A DNA stretch of 64,000 bases, from positions 1 through 64,000 of the forward strand of contig OY970303.1 of the NCBI GenBank assembly GCA_963716255.1, given 5' to 3'. The notes under the pieces are model-generated. The model did no database searches. It worked only from the letters and a program-made list of their open reading frames with translations, and was not told where the DNA came from. Shown here in pieces: positions 39,420-48,510 of the stretch. This DNA comes from an uncultured Gemmatimonadales bacterium (GTDB lineage Bacteria; Gemmatimonadota; Gemmatimonadetes; Longimicrobiales; Longimicrobiaceae). Numbering within the stretch: the first letter of the stretch is position 1; the number at the start of each line of letters is the position of its first letter. The translations under genes were made by a program, and so were the position numbers.

Positions 39420-39639
39420 CTGAGTTCCTCCGGGTGAAGAGGTGAGCGCCGGCCGGATGCGAGCTGCATCCGACCATGGGGTGGCTCGCGCCGCCTGCAC
39501 ACTCGAACGAATGGCAGCGTCCATCGGTGTTGCCCCGGCGCGCCCGAGCGCGCCGTCGAAGCGAGGCGCCTCAGGCGTACGAGCGCGCCTGAAGCAGTTG
39601 CCAGGTCGCCCATGCTCTTCAGCCAGCCTGTGCCCCGGA

Positions 39640-40510
39640 TTGGCCGTGAAAGTGCGATCACCAGCTCCTTCTGCCCCGACAGCCGGCCCAGCACTGCGGC
39701 CCAGCCCGCCAGCAGCGTCGCGGACAGCGTTGCCCCGTTGCGGCTGCCGAGCGCACTGAGCCCCGCGGTCACCTCTTCGTCCAGCTCTAGCCCGACATGG
39801 GCCACGGCGTGGTCCTGCTGCACGGAGCGTGGGAAGGCGGGCGGCGGCTCCGGCAGCTCCGATGCGCCCGCGAGCGTCTCCTTCCAGTACTCCGCCTGGT
39901 GCCGCAGCAGCCCACCGGACACCAGACGCTGCTGCCACGCGCGGTAGTCCGCGTACTGTACGGGCAGCGCCGGCAGCGGATCGGCCTTGGGCCGCGTACA
40001 GCACGCCCAGCTCATGGACGACGACGCCCGCGGACCACGCGTCGGAATCCATGTGATGGATGGTCACCAGCAGCACGTGATCCCGTGCTCCCAATCGGAT
40101 CAGGCGCCCGCGGACGAGCGGCCACCGCTCCAGAATGAACGGGGCGTCCGCCTCCTCGACCGCCGGCCGGCCGACCTCCGCCTGCGCCTCGACCTCCCCG
40201 TACCCGGTCAGGTCGTGCTCCAGAAGATGGAACCCGCTCTCATCGACCGGCGCGATACGCTGCTTCGGCTCGTCGTCAACCAGCCGGAGCGTCGTGCGGA
40301 GCGCATCGTGGCGTGCCACGAAGTGATCCAGCGCGCGGCCCAGCGCCTGCCGGTCCAGCTCGCCTCGAAGCAGCCCGGGGATGTGGGACCTCGGGCCAAG
40401 GCTTCCGACCGGCTCCAGCAGCCAGAACCGCTTCGGGCCCGAACGACAGCGGCAGCTCCTCGCCCCGGCCCACAGGCTTAATCGCCGGCAACTCCGCTTG
40501 GACCCAGTTC
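39640..40510 (-). pseudogene. Decayed NRPS LCL-type condensation domain
   Basis: Fragments in different frames: ELPLSFG, ARHDALRTT, HHMDSDAWS, LPALPVQYADY.AWQ, LLAGWAAVLGRLSGQ. Confidence 0.85.
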
Positions 40511-40888
40511 ACCGTCAGCGACCGCGATGCGGAGGATGTCCGACCAGCAAGCCCGTCCATAGCCTGTCTCCCAAACGAATTCACGCAAGAGACGTCGAGG
40601 AGTCCGGCGATCAATTCCTCAACCTGCCAGCTTCACATGATTCCTGGCACGGCCCGATCTGCCCCGACTGAGGGGAAACAGGGCCTTTTCACGTGCCGCC
40701 TCGGTGGCTGAGGCGAGAAGGAGGTCGCGATTACATCGCGCCTGGCCGCAGCCCTCAATGTGGGGCTTCAATTATTTGGTGTCCGAAAATCAGCTAAGCC
40801 AAGGATACCCTCTCCGCTCTCCTCATGTCAATGCTTGATAGAGTTTTCCTTCGTTGACATGGGAAGAAGGAAAAACACCCTCGGATGT

Positions 40889-41279
40889 TCAGTTTCGGGA
40901 CCTGAACCAGGCGTAGTCGGCAGGGTTATTCTGCGGTGCCAGGCACAGGCGCAGCAGGTTCAGCGCCCCTCGGATCGAACCAGCAGACCCGGACTTCCAT
41001 GCGGCGGTTGACCTCGCGTGTCTGCTGCTCCACCAGGTTCGTCGTGCACTCGGCCGAGGCTTCTCGTAGAGGATCAAGGATGAAGTCTGTTCCAGCTCCT
41101 GCTGGGCCTTGCGGCTGATCCTGCCGATCCAGCACGTGAAAGCGCTCGTAGGGGCCCTTCTTCCGCGCCTGCGTCGTCTTCCGCAAGAGGATCCGCCCCA
41201 GCAGCTTACTCAGCCACTTGCGCCGCTTGGCCGGCACGCGGTCCTCGATCAGCGACGGTCCACTTCTGGGGTTACACAT
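40889..41279 (-). pseudogene. Possible transposase C-terminal remnant (IS256/ISH6/ISLre2-like)
   Basis: TTNLVEQQTREVNRR followed in another frame by SIRGALNLLRL, resembling the TxNxxExxxRExxRR motif of these families. Confidence 0.4.
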
Positions 41280-41344
41280 CCTGCGCGAATATCGGAGTGG
41301 ATGTAAGTGGCGCCTGGCCGCGGGCGCATGCCACGCCGTGCCTA

Positions 41345-42454
41345 AGTAAGTAGCCAGAAGTTCTGAGCACTTTTCCTGCGGCGCAGACTGGGCGCCCAGC
41401 ATCGGAGGAGAAGATGCTCTACGTACGGAATCTGAGCGAGGCCGAGCAGAAGGAACTGCGCCAAGGCGCTCGGCGGGAAGTGGGCCGAGTTGCCGAACGG
41501 ATGCGAATGGTTCTTCTCTCGGCCCGTGGCTACACGGTGCCACAGATCGGCACGATCTACGAGTGCGACGAGGCGACTGTGCGGCGCTGGATCGAGCGCT
41601 ACGAGGCAGACGGAGCCCAGGGGCTACGCGACCTCCCTAGATCCGGGCGGCCGCCGCGCGCCGACGCGGCCGCCCGTGACCAGATCAGGCGCATGGTCGA
41701 GGCCGGACCCGCCGAGGATGCTCAGCCGGGCTACTGGAGCGTGCTCGTCCTGGTGCTCCACCTGGGCGCTTCGGGGCTGGCGCTCTCGGCCAGCACGCTG
41801 CGCCGCTGCTTGCACGGGCTGGGCTTCGCTTGGAGGCGTCCGCGTCACGTGCTGCCGCGCGACCCGGATGCACCCTCGAAGATGCATGCGCTCGGGCAGC
41901 GCATCTTCCGAGCGCCGGCCGACGCAGTGATCCTCTGCCTCGATGAATGCGACCTGCACCTGCTCCCGGTGCTGCGCAGCATGTGGATGAGGCGTGGCCA
42001 GCAGCGCGACGTGCCCACGCCGGGCAAGAACCAGAAGCGCGGCATCTTCGGCGCCCTGGAACTGGAGACGGGGCGCTGGCTCTACCAGATCACGATGCGT
42101 AAGCGCACCGAAGACTTCGTCGCCTTCTTGGAGCACCTGCTCAGCAGCTACCCGGCGCAGCCGCTCCTGCTGGTCCTCGACAATGCAAGCATTCACCACA
42201 GTCGTGCGCTGCAAGCCTGGCTGGGTGAACACCCGCGCATCGAGTTGCTCCACCTACCCAGCTACGCAGGGCATCGCGAGAGCCCGGTGGAGAAGGTTAT
42301 GGTGGCGTCTCAAGAGCCACGTCGCCGCCAATCGCTTGCGCTCCAACATCGACACCTTGGTTGCCGCGGCCGAGCGATTCTTCGCCGATCTGACGCCTGA
42401 GGCCGCCCTCCGCCTGGCAGCCTGAAAACTCGACAGAACCTTTGGCTATCTACT
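41345..42454 (+). mobile_element. IS630-family insertion sequence
   Basis: Imperfect ~30 bp terminal inverted repeats (agtaagtagccagaagttctg / cagaacctttggctatctact). TA is duplicated at 41343-44 and 42455-56; the empty site would read CTAG. Confidence 0.85.
41414..42425 (+). pseudogene. IS630 transposase with +1 frameshift near the C-terminus (~42298)
   Basis: HTH (ATVRRWIERY..GLRDLPRSGRP), LDE, LDNASIH, LPSYA...VEKV. The expected WWRLKSHVAANR tail lies in another frame. Confidence 0.85.
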
Positions 42455-42460
42455 TAGAAC

Positions 42461-42500
42461 AAAGAAAGCGGCCCCGGGACAGTCCCGGAGCCGTTCTCTT
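42461..42500 (-). terminator. Intrinsic terminator of the tRNA pair
   Basis: cggccccgggac-a-gtcccggagccg hairpin followed by a T-rich tract on the minus strand. Confidence 0.6.
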
Positions 42501-42611
42501 GCCATCGCATCGCCGCGCAACAACCCGCAATCGGCCCTGGCCCCACCGCTGGCCCCACGCCGCCGTTTGCGCGCCGGACGCCGCGCTCGTAAGTTGTTGT
42601 CCTGCTTGAAG

Positions 42612-42682
42612 AGGCGCCGCCCGGATTCGAACCGGGGGTCGAGGATTTGCAGTCCTCTGCCTTACCACTTGGCCACGGCGCC
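42612..42682 (-). tRNA. tRNA-Cys(GCA)
   Basis: GGCGCCGTGGCCAAGTGGTAAGGCAGAGGACTGCAAATCCTC...GGTTCGAATCCGGGCGGCGCCT; CCA not encoded. Confidence 0.97.
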
Positions 42683-42708
42683 GTACTACGTACCCTTGCG
42701 GGCGCCAG

Positions 42709-42781
42709 AGCGGGCAACCGGACTCGAACCGGCGACCTCAACCTTGGCAAGGTTGCGCTCTACCAACTGAGCTATGCCCGC
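42709..42781 (-). tRNA. tRNA-Gly(GCC)
   Basis: GCGGGCATAGCTCAGTTGGTAGAGCGCAACCTTGCCAAGGTTGAGG...GGTTCGAGTCCGGTTGCCCGCT. Confidence 0.97.
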
Positions 42782-42797
42782 GCCAGAAAGGAGAGCA

Positions 42798-42826
42798 AAC
42801 ATAAAGACCGTCCCTGGGGTCGTCAA
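42798..42826 (-). promoter_or_regulatory. Sigma70-like promoter for the tRNAs
   Basis: TTGACG-17 bp-TATGTT just upstream of tRNA-Gly. Confidence 0.65.
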
Positions 42827-42879
42827 CCCCGCGGGCCCGTGATTTTTTCGCCTTGCCGCGTCCCTCGCGGGGGCGCGCG

Positions 42880-42908
42880 TTGACAGCGTGGGAGCCGACC
42901 GCTAGCGT
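42880..42908 (+). promoter_or_regulatory. Sigma70-like promoter, divergent from the tRNAs
   Basis: TTGACA-17 bp-TAGCGT. Confidence 0.55.
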
Positions 42909-43001
42909 CCCCGCACCGCCGGCTCGGGCACGGGCCGGCGGTCCGAGCTGGACGCCCACGGCGCGGGTCCTCCTCCCGCCCTTCCGGAACCTGCGAGCCC
43001 G

Positions 43002-44426
43002 ATGAAGCGCTTTCCACGCGTGGCCGGTGCCTGCCTCGCCCTGCTCCTGTCGGCCGGAGTGGCCGCGGCCCAGGAGGACGCCCGCGTCCTTCCCCGCGGC
43101 TACCTGGCCCTCCGGGTGGGGGGCGAGTTCACCCAGTACGATTCGCGCCGGGGGGGTGGGAGCGAGGGGCTGGGAGCGCCCTTCGCCACGCCGCTCCCGG
43201 CGGAGCGCTTCCCCAGCCTGAGCGCCACGCGCGACTCGCTCGCCGGCTTCTTCCGGGCGAGCGCGCGGGCCGGCGACAGTTTCGCGCCGGCGGCGGACGA
43301 CTTTTTCCTGGGGAGACTGAGCGCCGACCTGGCGGCGGACCAGCGCCGCGTCCCCATCGCCGTGGAGGCGGGGCTCACGAGCCGGTTGATGCTGCGCCTC
43401 ACCGTTCCCGTGGTCCGCCAAGAAACGGAGCTGGTCTCGCTGCGGCTGGCGGACGCGGCCCTCGGCGCCAACCGCAGCCCCGATTCGCTCGCCGCGCGGC
43501 TGCGGGCGATCGACTCCACGCTGGTGCGCTTCGGGAGGCTCCCCTTCGTCCCCGTCGCGGGGTCGCGCGCGGGCAACGAGATGCAGCGCCGGTACACGCG
43601 CGCCACCGGCGACAGCACTCCCCTGCCCCTCCCGGCCGTGGGGCTGGGTGCCACCGCCCTGAACTCCCTGCTCCAGGCGAACGACCTGGGAAGCCTTCCC
43701 ATCGCTTCCGCCCCGGAGAACTACCGCCTGGGCGACGTGGAGCTGGCGGCGAAGCTCCAGCTGCTGGGCGGCACCGGCGGCGCCCTGTCGCCGCGGCAGA
43801 CCGGGACGCGGCTGGCGCTGGAGGCCGGGATCCGCCTTCCCACGGCGACCGGCACCGACGTGGACAGCCTCACCGAGATCGTGGGCGACGACGGCCACGC
43901 CGGCGCGAGCGCCGCCCTCTTCGCCGACGTGCCGCTGGGCCGCCGCCTGTGGGTGGGCGCGCAGGCCCGCTACGGCCTTCTCCTGGCGCGCGACGTGGAG
44001 CGCGCCACCTGGAACCCGCAGGCTCCGTGGGAAAGCCTGGGCGCGGCGCGGGTCTTCAGCCGCGAGCCCGGCGCCCGCCTGGAAGCCGCCCTCGCGCCCA
44101 CCTACCAGCTCACCGACCAGCTGGCCCTGTCCGCGCGCTACGCCTTCGCCCACCTGGGCGAGACCACCTACTCCGGCGACGCCGACCCCGGCTCCGCGCC
44201 GGCGGCCTTCGCCGGCCTGGAGAGCACCGCCGCGCAGACCCTGCAGACGCTGGGACTGGGCCTGGGCTACAGCACGCTGTCCGCGTTCGTGGAGCGCCGC
44301 ACGAACATCCCGCTGGAGATCTGGCTCACCTACGACACCGCCTTCGCGGGATCGGGAGGCGCCCCCGACGTGGGAATCGCCCGGCTGACGGGCCGCATCT
44401 GGGTGCCCGCGTGGGGAGGACGGTGA
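43002..44426 (+). CDS. Hypothetical exported protein, possibly an outer-membrane beta-barrel
   Basis: Signal peptide (VAAA-QE), typical codon usage, amphipathic strands, GDVELAAK and GIRLPT motifs. Confidence 0.75.
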   Translation: MKRFPRVAGACLALLLSAGVAAAQEDARVLPRGYLALRVGGEFTQYDSRRGGGSEGLGAPFATPLPAERFPSLSATRDSLAGFFRASARAGDSFAPAADDFFLGRLSADLAADQRRVPIAVEAGLTSRLMLRLTVPVVRQETELVSLRLADAALGANRSPDSLAARLRAIDSTLVRFGRLPFVPVAGSRAGNEMQRRYTRATGDSTPLPLPAVGLGATALNSLLQANDLGSLPIASAPENYRLGDVELAAKLQLLGGTGGALSPRQTGTRLALEAGIRLPTATGTDVDSLTEIVGDDGHAGASAALFADVPLGRRLWVGAQARYGLLLARDVERATWNPQAPWESLGAARVFSREPGARLEAALAPTYQLTDQLALSARYAFAHLGETTYSGDADPGSAPAAFAGLESTAAQTLQTLGLGLGYSTLSAFVERRTNIPLEIWLTYDTAFAGSGGAPDVGIARLTGRIWVPAWGGR

Positions 44427-44456
44427 ACGGGAGGGAACAGGGAACAGCCTGCAACT

Positions 44457-44500
44457 GAAACGGCGCCCCCACCGGAACCTCCCGGCGGGGGCGCTTTTCG
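44457..44500 (+). terminator. Terminator hairpin between convergent genes
   Basis: gcgcccccaccgg...ccggcgggggcgc followed by tttt. Confidence 0.6.
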
Positions 44501-44696
44501 TCGTTCGCAGTTCCCGCAGTACCCCTCGAAGTCGGTTCGGAGGGAGACTCGCCGGCGCCGCAGTTCATAGGCGCTGTGCGAGGCTCCCTCCGGCGCAGGG
44601 AGACAGGCCGGCTGTTTGGCCTGGCTCCCGGAGCCCGCGCAGGAGACGGACGGCCGTATCGTCCGGCTCCGGAGCGGCCCGCGGAACCCGGACGAA

Positions 44697-46373
44697 TTAC
44701 GCTACCCCGACCCCGCCGCGCTCCAGCAGCTCCCGCGCGTGCTCCAGCGAAACGGCGCTCTCGGGATCCCCGCCGAGCATGCGCGCGATCTCCTGCACCC
44801 GCGTGTCGTCGTCCAGGGCGAGCACCTCGGTGGTGGTGCGGCCCGCCTTCTCGCGCTTGACCACGAGCAGGTGGTTGTGCGCGCGCGACGCGATCTGCGG
44901 CAGGTGCGTGATGGCGAACACCTGGTGGCTCCCCGCCACCGCGCGCATCTTGTCGCCCACCTGGAGCGCGACGCGCCCGCCGATCCCGGTGTCCACCTCG
45001 TCGAAGATCAGCGTGGGCACCGAGTCCAGGCGCGCCAGGATGGTCTTGAGCGCCAGCATCACCCGCGCCAGCTCGCCGCCGGAGGCCACCTGCGCGATGG
45101 GCCTGGGATCGAAGCCCTTGTTGAGGGACACGCGGAACTCCACCTCCTCGGCGCCGTGCGCCCCGGGGGCGGGGAGCGGCAGCCCCAGCGCCTCGAAGCG
45201 GCCGCCGGTCATCCCCAGCTCGGGGAGCACGGCATTCACCTCCCTGGCCAGCGCGCTCATGGCCTTTGCGCGGCGGCGGCTCAGGTCGCCGGCCAGCCGG
45301 CCCAGCGCCTCGCCGGCCTCGCGCTCGCGGCGCTGCAGTTCCTCCAGCTCGAAGGAGGCCCCCTCCAGCAGGTCCAGCTCGCCGCGCGCCTTGTTCCCCG
45401 TCTCCACCACGTCCGCCAGCTCCGGCCCGTACTTGGTCTTGAGCCGGAAGAACAGGTCCTGGCGGCGGCGGATCTCCTCCAGCCGCTCCGGGTCGGCTTC
45501 CACCGAGCGGGTGTAGTCCTCCATCCGCTCGCCCAGCTCCTGCAGGGCGTAGTAGGCGGTGTCGTACAGCTCCTGGAGCGCGCCCTGCGCCGGGTCGATC
45601 CTCACCAGCTGGTCCAGCGGGCGCTGCAGGCTTCCCAGGCGCGAACCGATGGAGGAATTCCCCCCCGCCAGCGCCTCGTACAGGCTCCCGGCGATGGCGG
45701 TCAGCTCCTCGGCGTGGGAGAGGCGGCTGGACTCGGCGTCCAGCTCCTCTTCCTCGTCGGCTCGCAGCTTCGCGCCTTCGATCTCCTCCAGCTGGAAGCG
45801 CAGGAAGTCCACCCGCTGCGCCGCTTCGCGCCGCCGCTTCTCCAGCTCCTCGATGTCGCGGCGGGCGCCCAGCAGCACGCGGTACGCATCGGCCACCCCG
45901 GCCGCAAGCGTCTCGCTCCCGGCGTACGCGTCCAGGATGGCGCGCTGCTCCTCGCGGCGCAGCAGCGTCTGGTGCTCGTGCTGCCCGTGCAGGTCCACCA
46001 GCGCGCGCCCCAGCTCGCCCAGCACGCCGGCGGTGGTGGGCGAGCCGTTGATCCAGGCGCGGCTGCGCCCCTCCGCGGCGACCTCGCGCTTGAGCACCAC
46101 CACCCCGTCCTCCGGCTCCACCCCGCGTTCGTCCAGGAGGCGCGCGATGTCGTCGCGCCCACCCACCTCGAACACGCCCTCCACGGAGGCGCGGTCGGAG
46201 CCGGCGCGGACCACGTCGGCGGAGGCACGCTCGCCCAGCAGCAGGGAGAGCGCGCCGACGATGATCGACTTCCCCGCCCCGGTCTCGCCCGTGAGCACGT
46301 TGAGCCCGGGCGCGAGACGGACGGAAAGCTGGTCGATCAGCGCGAAGTTGCGGATGCGGAGCTCGGAAAGCAT
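44697..46373 (-). CDS. recN: DNA repair protein RecN
   Basis: MLSELRIRNFALID, LTGETGAGKS, HGQHEHQ, ASGGELARVMLALK, IFDEVDTGIGG. Confidence 0.97.
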   Translation of the reverse strand: MLSELRIRNFALIDQLSVRLAPGLNVLTGETGAGKSIIVGALSLLLGERASADVVRAGSDRASVEGVFEVGGRDDIARLLDERGVEPEDGVVVLKREVAAEGRSRAWINGSPTTAGVLGELGRALVDLHGQHEHQTLLRREEQRAILDAYAGSETLAAGVADAYRVLLGARRDIEELEKRRREAAQRVDFLRFQLEEIEGAKLRADEEEELDAESSRLSHAEELTAIAGSLYEALAGGNSSIGSRLGSLQRPLDQLVRIDPAQGALQELYDTAYYALQELGERMEDYTRSVEADPERLEEIRRRQDLFFRLKTKYGPELADVVETGNKARGELDLLEGASFELEELQRREREAGEALGRLAGDLSRRRAKAMSALAREVNAVLPELGMTGGRFEALGLPLPAPGAHGAEEVEFRVSLNKGFDPRPIAQVASGGELARVMLALKTILARLDSVPTLIFDEVDTGIGGRVALQVGDKMRAVAGSHQVFAITHLPQIASRAHNHLLVVKREKAGRTTTEVLALDDDTRVQEIARMLGGDPESAVSLEHARELLERGGVGVA

Positions 46374-46437
46374 GCGCGAAGATACACCGAAGGCAGAGAG
46401 CGGTTCGGACTTTGTGGACGGCGGTCTTACTGCATGT

Positions 46438-46569
46438 TTCGGGCGTGCCCCGGCTGGCGCCGGGTCGGGCTTCGGCTCCGTAGGGCTGCAAACGACGCAG
46501 CCCAACGGAGTCGAGCCCCCGCGAAACGGCCCGCGGGGTCTCGCCCCTTCGGGCCGAAATCCCTCACGC
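46438..46569. repeat. Structured ~130 bp intergenic repeat, copy 1
   Basis: Homologous to 55905-56036; multiple hairpins. Confidence 0.85.
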
Positions 46570-46602
46570 AACTGCTTGCCCGTTCTCAGGATCCAGAAGT
46601 TG

Positions 46603-46658
46603 CCCCCTCTCCCAGAATTGGGAGAGGGTGGCGAGCCTCGAGCGAGCCGGGTGAGGGC
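46603..46658. repeat. REP-like palindromic element
   Basis: ccctctccca-gaat-tgggagaggg...gggtgaggg. Confidence 0.5.
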
Positions 46659-46661
46659 CGT

Positions 46662-48053
46662 CTACAGCAGCAGCCGGCTCGCCAGCCCCAGCAGCAGGAA
46701 GAAGCCGCACATGTCCGTGAACGTGGTCACGAAGATGGAAGACGCCACGGCCGGATCCACGCCCATGCGCTCCAGCACGGTGGGGACGAAGGCGCCGGCG
46801 AAGCCGCCCACGGCGAGGTTGAGCCACATGGCCAGGAGCACGACCACGGCCAGCATGGGAGGACCCCCGGTGACCACGGAAAGGGCGTAGGCGGCGCCGG
46901 CCGCGACGATGCCGGTGGCGAGGCCGTTGGTGGCGCCCACCAGCAGCTCCTTGCCCACCACGCTCCAGCGCTGCTCTTGCACCTCGTCCGAGAGCGCCAG
47001 CCGGCGCACGGTCACGGCGAGCGCCTGGGTGCCGGTGTTGCCGCCCATCCCGGCGATCACCGGCATGCACACGGCCAGCAGGGCGACCCGGCCGACGACG
47101 TCCTCGAACGCGTAGACCACCGAGGCGGCGGCGAAGGCCGTGACCAGGTTGATGAAGAGCCAGGGGAGACGGGAGCGTACGGCATCCCACCAGCCGCCCC
47201 GGATCTCTTCCTCCTGGGGCACGCCGCCGAACTTGAGGATGTCCTCCGTGGTCTCCGCCTCGATGACGTCGATGACGTCGTCGAAGGTGACGACGCCCAG
47301 CAGGTGCCCGCGGTGGTCCACCACCGGCACGGCGGGGAGGTTGTAGCGGGCGAGCACGCGCCCCACCTCCTCCTGGTCGGTCTCCGGCAGGACGCTGGCG
47401 ACCACTTCCTCCACCAGGTCCACCACGCGCGCGCCCGGCCGCGCGATCACCAGGGCCTGCAGGGGGACGGTCCCGAGCAGCCGGTTGCCGTGATCCACCA
47501 CGAAGATGGTGTAGAAGTCCCCGATCTCCTGCCCCTGCCGCCGCACCTCCTCGATGGCCTCCGCGGCGCTCAACGCCTCGCGGACCGCGACCAGCTCGGT
47601 GGTCATCAGGCCGCCGGCGGACTCCTCGTCGTACTCCAGCAGCTGGCGGATGTCGCCCGCGTCCTCCAGCGACAGGGCGCTGAGGACGCGGTCCTGTTCC
47701 TCCGGGTCCAGCTCGCCGATCATGTCGGCGGCGTCGTCGTCGGAAAGCTCCGCGAGCACCGCGGCCATCTGCTCCGGCTGCAGCCCCGCCAGCGAGTCCT
47801 CGGGGTGCTCCTCCCACTCCATCTCGGACAGCGCCTCGGCGGCGAGCGCCGGGTCCTCGGCCCCCAGCACCCCCACCACGCGGGCGCGGTCCTCCTCGTC
47901 CAGCGCCTCCAGCAGGTCCGCGACGTCGGGGCCGTGGAAATCGGAAAGGAACGCGCCGAGCGCCGCGTCGTCCCCCGCGGCGATCAGCTCGTGCAGCCGG
48001 TCGAGCGGGTCCACCGGGGACGGCGGCGCGGGCGACGGCGTGGCGGCGCTCAC
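46662..48053 (-). CDS. mgtE: Magnesium transporter MgtE
   Basis: YDEESAGGLMTTE CBS pair, RLPWL, GMGGNTGTQA, DPAVAS..FVTTFTD. GTGA overlap with ybeY. Confidence 0.95.
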   Translation of the reverse strand: MSAATPSPAPPSPVDPLDRLHELIAAGDDAALGAFLSDFHGPDVADLLEALDEEDRARVVGVLGAEDPALAAEALSEMEWEEHPEDSLAGLQPEQMAAVLAELSDDDAADMIGELDPEEQDRVLSALSLEDAGDIRQLLEYDEESAGGLMTTELVAVREALSAAEAIEEVRRQGQEIGDFYTIFVVDHGNRLLGTVPLQALVIARPGARVVDLVEEVVASVLPETDQEEVGRVLARYNLPAVPVVDHRGHLLGVVTFDDVIDVIEAETTEDILKFGGVPQEEEIRGGWWDAVRSRLPWLFINLVTAFAAASVVYAFEDVVGRVALLAVCMPVIAGMGGNTGTQALAVTVRRLALSDEVQEQRWSVVGKELLVGATNGLATGIVAAGAAYALSVVTGGPPMLAVVVLLAMWLNLAVGGFAGAFVPTVLERMGVDPAVASSIFVTTFTDMCGFFLLLGLASRLLL

Positions 48054-48502
48054 CCGCGCACGTCCGCGGCCGGGAGCGTGGCCAGGATCTCCTCCTGGCG
48101 GCGGAACATCGCGGACTCCAGCCGCTCCTCGCCCTCGGGGTGGTCCCACCCCAGCACATGCAGGGTGCCGTGTACCGCGAGGCGCAGCAATTCCTCGCGC
48201 GGGTCCACCCCCAGCTCCGCCGCCTGCCGGAGCGCCTGGTCCACCCCCACGTACACGTCGCCCAGCGGCGCCTCGTCCTCGCCGTGCAGCGCGAAGGAGA
48301 TCACGTCGGTGGGGCGGTCGTGGTCCAGGTACTCGCGGTTCAGCGAGGTGATGCCGGCGTCGTCCAGGAACGCCACGGACAGCTCGGCGGCCTCGTGGCC
48401 CTCGGCGCGCAGCGTCGCGCGGACCGCGCGCTCCACGGCCTCTTCCGGGAGCGGGAGGGCGACGCCCTGGCCCAGGCTCACCTCGACCTCGATGGAACCC
48501 AT
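48050..48502 (-). CDS. ybeY: rRNA maturation endoribonuclease YbeY
   Basis: LNREY..HDRPTDVISF, LGDVYV, HGTLHVLGWDH. Confidence 0.95.
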   Translation of the reverse strand: MGSIEVEVSLGQGVALPLPEEAVERAVRATLRAEGHEAAELSVAFLDDAGITSLNREYLDHDRPTDVISFALHGEDEAPLGDVYVGVDQALRQAAELGVDPREELLRLAVHGTLHVLGWDHPEGEERLESAMFRRQEEILATLPAADVRG

Positions 48503-48510
48503 GGGCGGCC

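Noticed and set aside
38232..40319. Apparent C domain-aminotransferase fusion (695 aa)
   Set aside because: The C domain is frameshifted midway, and the aminotransferase has its own RBS and ATG at 39419.
42285..42310. Programmed frameshift in the IS630 transposase
   Set aside because: It lies at the extreme C-terminus with no slippery A-run; more likely a mutation or read error.
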